A DNA stretch of 64,000 bases from Camelus ferus (Eukaryota), in contig NC_045698.1 in assembly GCF_009834535.1 (NCBI RefSeq), forward strand, positions 9,798,001-9,862,000, in the 5' to 3' direction. Under the pieces are notes generated by a model. That model was not told the DNA's origin, searched no databases, and saw only the letters and a program-made list of their open reading frames with translations. Both the position numbers and the translations under genes were made by a program. This document shows, one piece after another, positions 13,471 through 28,000 of this stretch; position 1 is the stretch's first letter, and the number at the start of each line of letters is the position of its first letter.

Positions 13471-13956
13471 ACAGCCTCCTACAGTGCATCATTCTTGCAA
13501 CCAGGCTTCTGAATGCCCCAGTCATGCTCAGCCAAAATGCTGAGAACAAGCCTGATGCTGCTTCTGGGGGAATAGGGATTAAGGAATCTACATTGTAGAC
13601 CTTCTAATATGCGTCCCAGGAAGATGTCTCATGGAAAATTATGAAAGCATTCTAATGTGTGAATAAGAACTTCAGAGGAGAGAACAGTTTTCCAAGGAAC
13701 CTTCTAGATCTTGTTAAAGACTTGGGTGTTATCATAAGAGCCATAGGAGCCATTAAAGGAATACCATAATGATATTTCCCTTTCTTCTAGAATATATAGG
13801 ATGGATTAGAGTGGGCAAGAATGAACTACAAGAGGCAAGTTAGGAAGCCATGGCTGTTGTCGGCTAAGGATGACAAAGGGCAGGATGAAGAAGACAAAGT
13901 TACAGAGGAGCGGGGGAGACTTCAGTTTCAGCATTGAACCCAATATAGTGTTTAAA

Positions 13957-14222
<266 letters not shown>

Positions 14223-14867
14223 ACTACTTGAACCTTCTATACTTCCTTTAAATAAGGCAACTGTTTGACAATTCATCTGGGAAGGATAAAAATAATGAAG
14301 TCGAGAAGAAAAACCAAAGGAAGGGTGATCTTAGTGCCCTGAGTGGCAGAACTCATTTTTCTTTTCTCAATAAACCATTGAATCTGGTTGTTTTTATGAC
14401 TCCAGCAGCACCCAGGTGGGCTTGGAGGTGGTTATTCCATATGTTTTGAACACTCCCTCTGGAGGGTGACAGGGATGACTTCCTACATTCTATTAGAAAC
14501 TCTAGCCTATTGTTACTTTATGGCTTATTTAAGAAGTCTGTTCAAAAAAATCAATGTCTATGAATATTAAAGTTTAACTTTTAGCTGTGAAGGCAAGACA
14601 CCACACGTCTGTCTAGTGGGTGAACTTCTATGATAGTAGGGCCAGCAGATGAAAAGCCTTTGAAAAGATGGACCTTCTGGAGGAAGGGTTTACATTTAAA
14701 CCGTATGTACCATTCAAAGAACGTTAGGCCAGCCTGCTTTCTTACATGGAGGTTTGTGACACGCTCCAGGGAAATGACTGTGAGTTTGGGAATACTCTGC
14801 TTCCCTCTGGCCTCTCTCTCCCCTCTAGTACCTGCACATCCTTCCTCCATTCAAGAAACATTATCTT

Positions 14868-15035
14868 TCTTGTAATAACCTTTAATGAAAATGAATGCAT
14901 GTATACATATGTATATGTATGACTGGGACATTATGCTGAACACCAGAAATTGACATATTGTAACTGACTATACTTCAATAAAAATAAATTAAAAATAAAT
15001 AAACAGATAAAAAAAAATTTTTAATTAAAAAAATA
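14868..15035 (+). mobile_element. Camelid-type L1 3' terminus, heavily 5'-truncated
   Basis: gtatgactgggacattatgctg..caccagaaattgac...tatacttcaataaaa followed by an A tail; aaacattat on both flanks is a probable TSD. Confidence 0.8.
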
Positions 15036-15412
15036 AACATTATTTTACTATTTCCCCCACTAGCAAAATGGAGGAGCTGTATCACTTTTGAGCTAATATA
15101 AAAATGATATGGAAAAACATTACATCACCTTCAAGCTATACCGACATACTCACCTTCAAAACATGGTTTCCTCATTCACTCTTATTGTACCACTTAGACC
15201 AAAGAAAATTATCAAATCACGTAGCCCACATGTATGCCCCAGTATATTTATTTGTTTGTTTTTTCCATTTTTCACATCTGCATTGCTAGAAAATTATATA
15301 AAAGCCTACAAGAAAAATTCTCATTGGGGTGAACATTTTAAATAGTCTCTTAAATTTAAAAGGAAATTCTCCTTTATAATATTCTCCTATTTTTAAAATA
15401 TGTACTTTTTAC

Positions 15413-15562
15413 CTGGGCAATGGTTCTGTCAGGACACCAGGCTCTAATAAGGAGAAGACGTCTGAAGCAGTCAAGAGATTTATCATAGGCGTTTGGAAGG
15501 GGTTCCTCCTCAGGGTTTTCCTTATCAAACCAAATTTTCCACATTTTTTCATTTCTTGATAT
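15413..15562 (-). CDS. DNAH5: DNAH5 exon ~70 (150 nt): [23 protein letters not shown]...[13 protein letters not shown]
   Basis: Translated by hand (the ORF track shows a different frame). Acceptor ttcag|, donor |gtaaaa. Confidence 0.94.
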
Positions 15563-17349
15563 CTGAAAATGCCAGGGGATAGGAAATGTGTCACACCACA
15601 GAAAACTCTTTTCCTAAGAGTTCACATTTTTCCTCTAACTTTCTGACCATTGCAGACATGTGTGAATGATATCCCTTGACTATTCTTTAAAATTTTATAT
15701 TCTAGTGCCAAAAGTTGGAGAGTCTAAAATCAAATGTGATTTGTTCTAAAGTCAGTCTGTATTAATGCCAGCCTATGTCTCCCTTTCAAAGGAGGGAGAG
15801 TCCCGGGTTGTAATTTCTTCTATGCCTTTGTGGTAGCAAATTTGTAACAGAATAAAGAGATCAATAGAAATTCATTTTCATTATTTTAAGGAAATATGAT
15901 TTGCTCCAAGAGATCCCCTATGATTAGGAACCAAGTCTCGTTCACTTATGTTTCCTCATTTCCCAGGACCGTTCTTGGAACAAAAGAAGACATTTAATAC
16001 GTGTTTGTTATTGAAGTTTTTTGGTCAATACTGTATCAATCTAGAGTAATTTGAAATATACCACTTAATATTGTCATCAAATGAATAATCGCACTTGCTT
16101 CCTACAGGCAATTAATAAAGGGAAAAAAAACCACAGCCTGTTATTCCTTTGGAGCTTAAAAAATCAAAGAGAAACAAGCATTATATGGGCAAGTATCTGA
16201 AACTCATAGAATAACACCTGCAGATAAATTTAATCTTATATTCTCTGGTAGATCCCCTTTGATTAAAGCCCCAAATATATTTTTTGAAGGTCTAATTAAA
16301 GGAAAATACATTTAGGTTCGTAGTCAGAAAATATCATGTAAGAATAAAAATCACCTCTTTCAATCATGAAAGACTATATAATATGGGTGGATTTCAGGCA
16401 TAAAATATAACCTCCAGAAGAGAGCTACTTCGACAGACAATGGTCCAGGAAAGGTCACTCAGCGTCATCCCCTGGGGGAACAAGCTAGAATGCATTAAAA
16501 TCTCCCAGGTGAAAGTTATTTAACCCAGTAGGATGGTTTGTCCCCTAATTGCATGGTAATCACCAAGATTAAGCCGAAACATAAAAATATAGCAGAACTT
16601 AATCTTCCAGTCAATTTAGAGTAGAGAAGTCAAGAACCAGCCCTAGGATGTTTTTTGGTCAAAAAAAGCCTTCAACTTGCAGCTAAGAAAGCCACCTTGC
16701 TGGTCCATGTGACTTCTCTCTGGTCACCAGATTTTCAAGAACCTGTTTCCTGGCTTGTCCTAATTCAGTTTTCTATACCCAGCTTCCATGGTCCCAACAG
16801 ATATACCATCCATCAGGAACTGGCTGCTTCTGAAAGGACAGCTCCTGAAGATAAAAGGCCAGGTGGCTGCGTCAGACTCACACGCAGACGCCTAGCTAGG
16901 GCAGTACAATGAGGAGCAGGAGGAAAAGGAGGAGAGAGAGAGGAACGAGACGCAAGAAAGAAAGGATATTTAGCATTTAGACACAGGATGTTCCTATTTC
17001 TGTCCAGTTAATCTCTAGAAAGAAGGCAGAACCTCCTGAGCATCTCTCATCATGCGACCCAACTGAACCTGCCAGTCTTCCCGCTTGCGGACCTCCAATT
17101 GGTGAACCTGACATACGGCCCAGGTCAGCGCTGGTTAACCTTCCTGGGCAAATAACGTCTTCCTGTGAGGCCAGTGGGCCACGGGTGGAGTCTGCTTTAT
17201 CAGAGCACGAGTGGGCTGTAGAGAAGGCCGGGCACTGGTCCTACCATTGTGTGAGTAACCATAGCAAGAAATCTCTCTCTCCCACAAGTAATGTAGCCAC
17301 TGATAAATCACTGTGACATTATCATAAGTTTATTCAAAGCATAAGATAC

Positions 17350-17471
17350 CTGATCAAGGACATCTGAAAACTGTCTAAGTTTGCTGAGTTCCACCAAATT
17401 CAGCCAGGTCATGTCCAGGATCCATTTGGACGGTTTAGGAGGACAGGCTTTCAAGTCCAACGAGGCACCAC
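17350..17471 (-). CDS. DNAH5: DNAH5 exon ~69 (122 nt): [41 protein letters not shown]
   Basis: Translated by hand. Acceptor gaaag|, donor |gtatct. Confidence 0.93.
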
Positions 17472-17689
17472 CTTTCAAGTGAAACATCTAAAATTATTAC
17501 ATTTTTCTTTCTTTACTGTAAAATCATTTCTTTATAAAAAAAACTTTTGCTGAAACTATTTTAATTTCAATTATTTTACCACCTTGACATTTATTAAACT
17601 CAGAAACATGAATCACAGTGACGAACAAGCTTTAAAATGTAAACAGAAATACATGGTTTTAGGGGAAAAAAATTTTTAAGAATCAATAC

Positions 17690-17915
17690 TATAGGTTTGG
17701 ATCCAGACAAGTGCTGGATTCTATCTTAGCTCCACCTGGCCACGGTCCAGGACAAGCTCATCTGTCTGGGCCTCAGTTTCCAAATATGTACAATGGGAAT
17801 AATGAAGCCTGGGTGTCTGAAAACAGCAGAATGATAGAAAATATATGTGTAAGCCACTCAAAACAGGATCAAGGACAAAGCAGAGGGTCGCTAAATGAGC
17901 AGCTACTGTCAGCAT
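17690..17915 (+). mobile_element. MIR SINE
   Basis: Core ctgggcctcagtttccaaatatgtacaatgggaataat. Confidence 0.7.
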
Positions 17916-19469
17916 TAAGAATTGCCGAATGTTGACATAAGCTCATTTTAAGAAGATAATTTACCTAGAAATGTTAGTAGCACTACCTGTGTTTGAAGGC
18001 TTCTCCCCTATAAATCAGTGTATCATTTACATCATTTTGAGCATACCCAACGGCCTCGTGTTATGGCACTTATTTTTGGTCAGTCTAACCACAGCAAACA
18101 TTTCCACTGGGTACCGACTCTTACCTTTTTCCTGATGATTTACCCAAGCTCATGTAACTCCCATAACTCTCACAACACTATAAAATAAATGACACCTTAA
18201 AATGTTGTTGCTGCCCATCTCAGAAAAATCATATTTTAAGTCAAAGAGTTAGCAAGTCTTCTACAGGATGAAATACACTATTTAATAAATAACATCTATT
18301 AAAATGTTTCACAGAAAATATGCTCTAAGCATAATTCATAAAAGGATGTAACCAATCCATTTGGCTACACTATTTTTTGGAACAGAGCAGGTCATAAACA
18401 AATGATAATGCTCAAGATATTTATCGAGCCAATCTCTACTTTATTTAGATACCATGGACCCCACTAAATTGCTGTCTTTTGCCAAATCTATCTTAGTATA
18501 CTTCCAAGGTAAGCGGAACAAAAGGTAAGGGAAGCCATTTCAATGAAAATATTAACTCATAAAATCAAAACAGATTGCTTGAACACCAGGGAGCAGTTAA
18601 AGACAATGGCACTGTGTTGAAAAATGTCACACCAATTTCCAAGGAAACTGCCCATTTTCTGACCAACTGAAAAGAATAAGGTATTCACCACAGAGTTAGG
18701 GAAAAGCTATTCATGGGAAAGAAAGGATGTTCCTTGCAGCCAAAGCATTATTCATTACTTAGTAGAGGGTAACGAGGTCATGATTATCTTGTCTGCCTCA
18801 AAAGTGTACAATGGGCCACAAAGACTATTGTAATGGGCGGAAGGAGGAGGAGGGACATATTCCTGGATAATATGACACCAGATTAGATGGACTCCTGCTG
18901 AACGAACAGCTGGGATGGGGATAATTCAAAATAAATTATCAACATGATTGAGAATTATGCCAGTCCCTTCAAACCCTCAAACCCTCACTCTGGGGAAAAG
19001 TAGATTTAAATCTTTATCATAATTCTTTGTAAAAATGATACATGCTTTTAATGAAAGATTTATACAAGTTATACCATGCAGTCATAGAGTGGCATAGCTA
19101 AGACAGATTTAGAAAGTCATCTAGGCTCATCCTTTCCCATCCAGAGATGAATAAATTAATTGAGACCAGTATCTAAACACTGTTGCTAGCTAAATAACAT
19201 TTTCAAACAAGTGATTTAAAAGTTCCTACAGAGGGATCATGCCGTTGGGCAGCTCTCACCAACATAATTAGCAAAAGGAAATCTTATGAAACTGTGTCTT
19301 AAAGCAGTACAAAAACCAGCTGTTGAATGCCAAAGGCCCACGAAAACCAGTCCAACCCATGCAAGCCTCAGACCAAGCAAAATAAACTAAAAAACTAAAG
19401 CTGATATAATCTGTCACTTGCTGACCATATTCCATCTGCCAGGGTTTGTGTAAGTTGTGTGAATTCTCA

Positions 19470-19620
19470 ATAATCCTATTACGTATATTTGACTACCCTT
19501 GTTTTATAGTGGAGGCAACTGAAGCTCGAGAAGGCTGTCACCTGCTTAAGACCGTTCATCCAGAAAGAGGCAAAGCCGCTCTTTTCCCTTCAAGTCTTCC
19601 TAAGCCTAAATACCATGTTT
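19470..19620 (-). mobile_element. MIR SINE
   Basis: ttttatagtggaggcaactgaagctcgagaagg resembles the reverse MIR core. Confidence 0.55.
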
Positions 19621-20244
19621 GATACCATCATGCCAAACTGTAACGTAATTTACAATATTTCAACCAGTCCAGGATGCTATGTCCAATGTCATTTCCATGG
19701 GGAGATGGCTCCCATGCCTGAATTGAGGAGGTCAGGCACAGCTTTCCCATGGGAAGCCCCACCAGCTGGAGGACCAGACCCACTGAGGCCAAGAATTAGT
19801 GATGTATGAAGACTCACTGAAGGGAGAAGGCAACCCCTACACCTGCATGTCTATCTAAGGGGATGTCTCTCCAGACCATTCATCTTCCCTGTGCTCTGAT
19901 TTAGGAAACTGGGAAAATAAAGAAACCCAAGGAGCAAAGGCTTGAGGGCTAAACACAAAGAATAGAGAAAGAAATCAGCCACAGATCAGACATTTCTAAA
20001 TTTTCAAGTGTAACTGAATGAGTCTTTGTTGCTGCTATAAGATATATGTATGCACAGGCCTGTGTACATGAACATGAATATGTGTAAGTAGGACTCCGAC
20101 CTATACACCCCCACGTGGGCCCTTCCCTTCTGCCCCGACCAGGGTCCTCTTCAAGCTCCTCTGCAAATCTACTCTCCAGGTGAAATCGTGAAAATCCACC
20201 CCACTCTGAAGATAAAGTTGTGTCTTATCTTTAAAGATAGACCT

Positions 20245-20400
20245 GGGACTCTATTCAATTTCTTGTAAAATAATGGAAAGAATCTGAAAAGAAAAAAAAT
20301 ACATATATATGCATGTATATGTATATCTAAATCAATCGGCTATACACTTGAAAGAAATACTGTAAATCAACTATACTTCAATAAAAGTTTTTAAAAAAGA
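20245..20400 (+). mobile_element. L1 3' terminus fragment
   Basis: ctattcaatttcttgtaa...gtaaatcaactatacttcaataaaa. Confidence 0.75.
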
Positions 20401-20619
20401 AAGATATAGTATATAAAACCGTTTCAACCCCAGCATCATTTCCACGGTTATTTTAAATAGTTTTTTGTCCAGACTTTCAAGAATGTGTTAGTAAATGTAG
20501 GTTTCCCAGCCTTCCACAGGGCCGTCTTGTTCCAGGGGCACAGGGGACCCGTCTGTGAGTGATGTCACAACAGATACAGAGGAAACATTCAGGGCATGCG
20601 CGGCACGGTCACCTTACCC

Positions 20620-21010
20620 GCTCTGCTCCAGCCCCCCTGGTTGCCTGGCTTTGCCTCCATCACACCAGGCTCTGAGCCCTTGATGCCATCTCCTCATCCT
20701 TCAAACTTCCTCTAAATGCCCCAGGACCCGCATCCCCTGCTCCTTCAGGCCTTGGCTCACCTGTCCATGTCTTGGGAGTCCTACCCAACTAGAGACCCCA
20801 CTAAATATCTCATTTAAAATGTTAAACCTCCCCCTTGCACACACCCTGTAACGCTCCCCCATCTCCCTTTCTCTGTTTTTTCCCATAGTGCTTACCACTT
20901 TTCTATGTACTACACAATTTACTATTGTTTATTATCTGTCCCAAGTACCTATTCCGTGTGCCAGCACACAGTATGTTTTCAATAAATATTCATGCAATAA
21001 ATGAACAAAT
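20620..21010 (+). mobile_element. L2 3' end
   Basis: catagtgcttaccac...gtgccagcacacagta.g....caataaatatt...aatgaa is an L2 terminus. Confidence 0.65.
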
Positions 21011-21152
21011 AAAAGATCTCACATAAATGCGATCTTCAATGAGATGCAAGGAAAACTGCCATTGCCAAAAAAAAAAACAAAAACTGCACAGGACCTTCAC
21101 AATGATTCCTACATCTGCACCTGTGCACAGCGCTTCCTGTTCTTATACTGAC

Positions 21153-21343
21153 CTTTGATAAGGGTGAGAAACTCTTCGTGCTTGACTCGGTTCCTCTGGA
21201 TGTCGATCTTTAGGGTAAGCAGCAAGGTGAACAGGAATTTGTGCTCCTCGTACAATCCCCGGGCTGTGTACTTGTAAACCTCGTAGGTCATGTGTTCGAT
21301 AATATTAGCGATCCTCTTGCTTGTGATTGGGCTTTTGACAGAC
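21153..21343 (-). CDS. DNAH5: DNAH5 exon ~68 (191 nt): [11 protein letters not shown]...[11 protein letters not shown]...LIK
   Basis: Acceptor tccag|, donor |gtcagt. Confidence 0.95.
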
Positions 21344-21384
21344 CTGGAGAACAGAACACTTCAGTCAGGCTTATCCCATCGCCC

Positions 21385-21615
21385 TTTTCAATCGTCCCTA
21401 AAAACAACATCTTTAACGTAAAATAAGTAACTCTGGAGGACCAATTCTTACTTTTTACACATCTAGAGTAAGCCTCCTACATCTAAAATAACAAGCATTT
21501 TCAATTGTCCCTAAAAACAACATCTTTAACGTAAAATAAGTAACTCTGGAGGACCAATTCTTACTTTTTACACATCTAGAGTAAGCCTCCTAAATCTAAA
21601 ATAACAAGCATTTTC
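21385..21615. repeat. Direct tandem duplication, 2 x 113 bp
   Basis: 21385-21497 versus 21498-21610 show two mismatches, with TTTTC at the junctions. Confidence 0.95.
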
Positions 21616-21957
21616 TCAACATGAACTAATGTAACAGAATCCTCCACATTTTTGTCTGAATCAGTTTTACCCACGGGGCATTATCACTCACAACAACGTC
21701 TTGGTAATTTTCTTGTTTAGCAGAAACAGGGGAAACCAAAGGAATCAATCAGTCAATGAATAGTTGGTAGAGCTTTCTCTGAGCATAAAATGACAAATGA
21801 GAATGATTTGTTAACACACTGGTAATTATGCTCATCTGATGTTAAAAAAAAAAAAAAAAGAATCTTAGTAGCAAAGGGAAAAGATGTTATCAATGTAAGG
21901 TCATCATCCTAGCCCACAGATAAAGAATTCAGCTTGGCTTCCTGAGTACAGACGTAC

Positions 21958-22072
21958 CTGGCTAAGGAAAGGTCAAACAAGCCAAGAAACTGGCGGAGCG
22001 AAGTCTGATACATCTCATTAACCAAGTGCATCTCCGTGATGAGGAAGTAGAGGATGCTGCCTCGTGTAGCGA
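21958..22072 (-). CDS. DNAH5: DNAH5 exon ~67 (115 nt): [39 protein letters not shown]
   Basis: Acceptor ttcag|, donor |gtacgt. Confidence 0.95.
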
Positions 22073-23064
22073 CTGAAAAGACAAAGAGCAAGGTTGCTGT
22101 CACTACGAGCGTGGAAAATAAATGACCTGTGCACAGAGCAGTCTGAAGCCTAAATGAAAACAAGTTTTATTTTTATGTCTTTTCAATGACTGTCTACCAG
22201 CAATGAGAGTCTAGAGCAACGTTCATCATATATATTTAATTCTTCTTTATAAGCTTGGGACAGGGAGTCTGCTATTTGTGTTCATTAAATGATACTTTCC
22301 TTTTTAGAATCTCTAGATCCCTTATAAATATATTTTATTACATTTTTTCATAGATAGAAAAGACAACCAATGGGATAGCACAGGTTATAACACCCAGCAG
22401 ATTGTGTGTGTAAGCGTTGTAAGGACCTCCTTCTTATGCTCCATGAAGAAGCCCTGAATAACCTTGGCCTCAAGTTGGCAAATCAAGGCATCGTAAATAT
22501 GACGCCATTGACTCTCCACTAGCAGATATTGTTTTGATTATTTTTCCAGGAGGAATGATAAATTACCAAAGGAAATGGAAGTCTTTTAGCAGGTTCCTTT
22601 TGTAACCCACAAACAATAACGATTTGCTAATTGGTAGATAAGGCTGACGCGTTCCCATGAGACCAGAGAACTAATACAAGGCTACAATGAAAACATACAG
22701 GCTTATGGTTACCAAATGATAAACTAGAGAACAGCCCACAAATGCAGCATGGATTCCTCAACTTCACTAGTTTGTAGTTGGATATCCTTTAAAAATTCTC
22801 CTCTTTAATTTCTAGTTTAAAAATAAGTTCACAGGAACCTTAAAGAATTTGTCAACTAACATGAATTATAAACACCTAGAAAATCTGCACCATCAAAAAA
22901 TGTCTTCATCTTTTACTGAATATTTCCCAAAGAAAAGCGACAAAACAAATAGCCACTTCACTTTGCATCATCATTTACATAACATCCTTCCTTACTTCAA
23001 TTCCTCTAATTCTCATTTCTTGCTTCATTTTCCTGCGACATTTGTCTTTCATTACCAAACTTAC

Positions 23065-23308
23065 CAGGTCTGTATTCCTCCCGGGCTGAGTTAATTTGAA
23101 TTTCTGTCTCGGCCGAAATTTCCAGCTTCTGTGTCACCTCCTCGGCTGTCTTTTTTGTGTTACTTAGCACAACGATGAGACTCTCATCTTCCACCAGGGA
23201 CCCCTGGGTACTCGTCAGCCGGTAAAGCAAATTATCTTCGAGCTCCTTCATTCTCCTTTTGTTTGCAGTTACGTCTTCCATGAGACGAGTTCTTTCTTTC
23301 TCCAGTTC
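23065..23308 (-). CDS. DNAH5: DNAH5 exon ~66 (244 nt), strut/buttress: [13 protein letters not shown]...AREEYRP
   Basis: Acceptor gacag|, donor |gtaagt. Confidence 0.95.
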
Positions 23309-24859
23309 CTGTCAATTTGCATAAATATATTTTCCTCCTTAATTAACAACTATTGTTTGGCCATTTCTTGAAAAGTTAACCTATGGGGCTACTCTCAAGC
23401 TTCTGTACTGTAGTCACCATATTTGACTGAGGGAAATACAGACACCAAAATAAGAGGAGAATTAATGGAGGAAAAAATTGGTGGCAAAGAATGTAAAATT
23501 TGCTTTAAAAAAAATTACCAAAATCTCCTTTACTATCTATTTATTTCCTAAAGTCAAATCATTTTTAAGTGACTTTTGTGATTATATTTACTCCTGTTTT
23601 GAAACTGAAATATATTTGAAGACAAGTATATATGTCTCGGATTAAATACATTTACCCCTATTTGATTTCTGCTGTTGTTTGAATGTGATTATTTTCAACT
23701 TGCTTGTTGAAATAGTACCCAATTCTGCGACAAGCAAGTGTCCAAAAAGTTAGGCAGGCAAACTGTGCTGCTACTGCAGGTACATTTAAATTGAAAAATC
23801 ATCTTGACCTGAAAAGATGCTGTTCTCACCAAGAGAAGTGAAGCTCTGACTCTTTCCTGCAAGACCTTTATGGATAACTGGGGAGAGAATGGCTTTGGAA
23901 GATTATTGTCCTTACTGGCCACCTTTTCCACTTGGTAGTTTGGAGAGGGGGAGACAGTGAAAGAGAAGGAAAGAAACGATGGGGTTGGTGAGGGTGGGGG
24001 AAGGAAGAAATGGCCATGACACTGAACAAGCCAAAGGCAGCAGGAAGCCCAGAGGCTGGGAGACAACAAAGAAAATATGCTTCTGGCACCAAGTCAAATT
24101 GTACATTCATGAGTCACATTGTTTTATGAGAGACTTGAAGCTCATAAAAGAATTAAAATAGGAAAAGGCAATGAGTAAATAGTATTTAAGATTTTGAAGA
24201 GAAAGGTAGGCATTAGTGGGTAGATCCTATTGGGCAGCTACCCGCGCACGTGGTACCAAGCTCACATGGCTAGAGTAAAGCTTCAGAAAGATAAATCTCA
24301 ATCAGGTATTCTGGATATGGCTCAGCAGGTTTTGTAGATCCGACTCCCTACTGAGAAAACTAGAAATCTGAAGTTAAATGCAGTGATGAATCATATGAAA
24401 TAATATAAGACATAAGAGGACTACTCATTAATTGCAATGATTATTTACTTACTTTCTAACATAAGACATAATTTAATAGTTACACTCCAAGGATTTTGGA
24501 GTTCACTGACACATTCTCCAACTCTTAGCAGAATGCCTCATACGTAGTAGGCTCTCCATTAATATTGTGGAGTGAACGATTAAAGGCTATACCCATTCTC
24601 AAACTGATAAACTGAAACATATGGTTAACTCAAAAATCTAGTCATGTCTTAATGCTGGAAATACAAATATGAAAATTCTCCCTTTGTAACTGAAAACCAT
24701 GAAGTTAAAAATAAAGGTTGTGGTGACAAAATCGCATGAACACAAAGAGCATTGGCCTCTGTTTTAAAAGCCATTTAATAAGCATTATTCCAACCAGTTA
24801 ATAACCATTGGTTGAACAGGTAAGGGAAGGAAAGTAAAGCAGTGGGAAGAGGGAGGATT

Positions 24860-25010
24860 TTGACATCAGGAAGATATGTCTGAATCCTAACTCCCAGGAC
24901 TTATTAGCTACACAAGTCTATAAGCCTCAGTTTCTTCATCTGCAAAGTGGACATAAAAACAGCTCAGAGAGTGATTGTGAGGATATCACTAGACAAGCAG
25001 CTGAAACCAG
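24860..25010 (+). mobile_element. MIR SINE
   Basis: tgaatcctaactcc...aagcctcagtttcttcatctgcaaagtgg...gattgtgaggat. Confidence 0.7.
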
Positions 25011-28000
25011 TGACTGGATCATGATAGCTGCTCAGAATACATCTCTTCATCCCCTCCCTTGATTCATTTCCAGCATGTATTTTCAGATGTATTACAATAT
25101 TTATTTGGAAATGAGTAGTTTGAAAAATAAAATTATAAGTTGGCACAAAATAAATCATACTTTAGAATTTCACATATCATCATAAAAGCACAATGAAGTA
25201 GCTGAAAAGGAATTTTTAAAAAAGGAGAACCTTCTAATCTTGCACATGCTTTCATGTCTGCTGGAAACAAGACCATGGGCTGTCAAATCCCAAAACTGCA
25301 CCAAGTCTTATTGAGCCTTCCAACATAATCATCTTTCTTCTCTCCATCTGTTCCAATTACACAGCAATTGCCCTAATGTAGTCTTTAATTACTTCTTTAA
25401 TCATAACTGGTCTCCCCGCAGACCCTTTGCTCTGCCATCACCCCCTTTTCTGCTCCCAGTCACTGAGGGATCTCCCTTAACTATTTGGAAAGGTCCAAAA
25501 TTTTCAACATAGTTTGTAAAACCTGTTACAACCTGTATTTCCAATCTCATCTCTCGCTGAGAGCTATGGGACTGAGACTAAAATCGTGCCTCCACGTTGC
25601 TTATGAAAACCATTATTAGTAAAATGAACAGTTATCAGTGATGCATACAATAAGGTGCAAATTATTCCATTTCTGATTTTAAAGATAATAAGTAAAAGCT
25701 TGAATATTATTGAGATGATTGTGGTCAATTTAATATCATTGTTAACAACACTAATTAAATAAAACTTTCAATAAATGTAACGCGTATATTCCCAAAGGAT
25801 TAAAATAAGGCTAAGAAGTAAATTTCCCCCATAGTTTGAAACTGATGAAATAATATACTCTAAAGTAAATACTACAACTTAAGATAATATTTTGGATTAT
25901 GAAAACAAACTATTAAATAGTACACCAGCAGCCAGACCCTAGAATAGGACAACAGTTACGGGACAAAGAAAGTGATCTCTGAAAGAAAACAGAAAAATTG
26001 CTATTTGCTTTTTATTTGAGATTTTAAAATGGAAAACCTAGTTTGGAGTAAAGTTTTCGGCATATTTTCATTTGTATAACTGATTTAAACACATTTCTGT
26101 TGAATTACAACTTTAGCTCCATAATATATAGGATCATTCTTTTCTAAATTAATATTAAGAAATTAAGAGACAAAATTAATCAAAATAACTTTGTCTATAA
26201 GCATTTTGCCCACAAAAGGGAGTATCTCAATACACACACACACACGGAACAGTAAACATTTGTGCTATGGATTGTATATACTAAGGCTAAAACATAAAAA
26301 TTTTACAGAACTGTGATAATGTGCAAAGTATCGCCGAACTGAGTAAGAAAATGCAGCAGTGATTCCATAAAATTTCATGAAATGTACTACTAATTAATTA
26401 AATGATCAAAATTAAGTGGCTCATGAAGGTACAAACAAAAACTAAAATTCTTTGTGCACATAAACTTCATCATTTTTAAAGCAGATGACAGCCTTCCAGA
26501 GCTCTCATTTTAAAATTATCAGCCAGGCTTTCATTCCTGAAGATTCTTTCTCTTCTTTACCTTAATTAAAATAGAAAGATTAAACAACAAAACTCAGAAA
26601 CATTTTTTTTTTCCTCCACCACCAGTGAGCCAGGTGATAACAATGCCTGTTTGGTGTCTTACTAAATTACTTCCCATGTCAGTTCCACCGAGTACAGGTC
26701 CTTCCAGCTCCAAAGGAAATAAATCACACATCTGTTCACTCAACCAAAATTCTGAACAATGATGAGACTTGAGGCCTTGTATTCTGTGACCAGTAGCTAT
26801 TAGTCAATATTAGTATTTTTTCCCTAATAGTACATAGCTCTCTTTGAGATTCTGTCTTGTTCTCTAGGATCAAAGTGAGAGTGACCCTAAGAGACTGGGT
26901 TTCTTTAAAGGAAAGTTTCTGAAGGGCCACTGGTTTGCTGCCTGTTTAAAACGGTCTCACCACACACCCTTCGGGTGACAACAGCAGGCTGTCTAAATCT
27001 ACTCCCAGGTACATCAAGTCAACAACTGAATATGACCTTGATGTGAACTTGGCAACAGCCCAGGCATTTAAAATGACTGCCTTGAAGCACACAGAAAAGT
27101 ATAAAGCCAGCTGAAGATCTGCCGTCCTTGCATTCGTATGCTCTGAGGTTTCCATTTGTTTCTGAAGCAAACAAATCGGAGGGTCCAGCAGGCTGTACAG
27201 CTGAGCATTCATGAGACCAGATCCTGTGTGACAAGGAGGCTCCTCACTGCCTGGATTCCCAGGACACTGGGCGGCTGGTGAATTTATGAACTCCAGAGGA
27301 GAGCAGCCTTTCCCTTGCATCCTAATTTACTGTTCTAAGCCGCCTTTCACCAGAAGAATCAACAGAGCGGTGAAGGCGTAACTCATCCTGACAGGATGTT
27401 CACCACTTACGTCAGCCCCACTTTTGGGGAGTTTCTTAGATGCTTTCCAATATCAGCCTCCCATCTGTGGGTTCTTCCTAGCTTCCAATAGCCCCGACTT
27501 CACCCAATGACATTTTATGTTGATAGTTTATATTTACAGTCACCTAAGAAGTAATCACGGTCAGAGAGACTGCATTGTCACGGAAGTCAAGGGAACAATT
27601 TGGACTTAAAAAAAAAATTTGTTTCCATATCTGAGTCCATAGGCAAAGACATAGGCTCTTTCCAACCAAGTCACCAGATGATCAGAAATGCCCTGAAAGC
27701 ACCAGAGATCAACTCAGACTCACTTGCCACCACCCAGGCTGAAAAGATTCCTCACTGTGGGCTGATTCGGGAGTATGGTGGGCAGAACAGATGCTCCAAA
27801 ACAGAAAATCTGCTGGCAGGAAGAATACGACGTAAAACCATCAAACTGACATCCAGCAGCTCACCTTTTGCGTGAGTCTTTGATTTGGAGAAAAGAAAAC
27901 GCAGGTTACATGTTGTATTATAACACGATTCCGGGCAGGATGACCCTCTGTTACTCTAAGAGAGTATCATGTCACTCTGCCCACACTTTGCTAAGAATTA

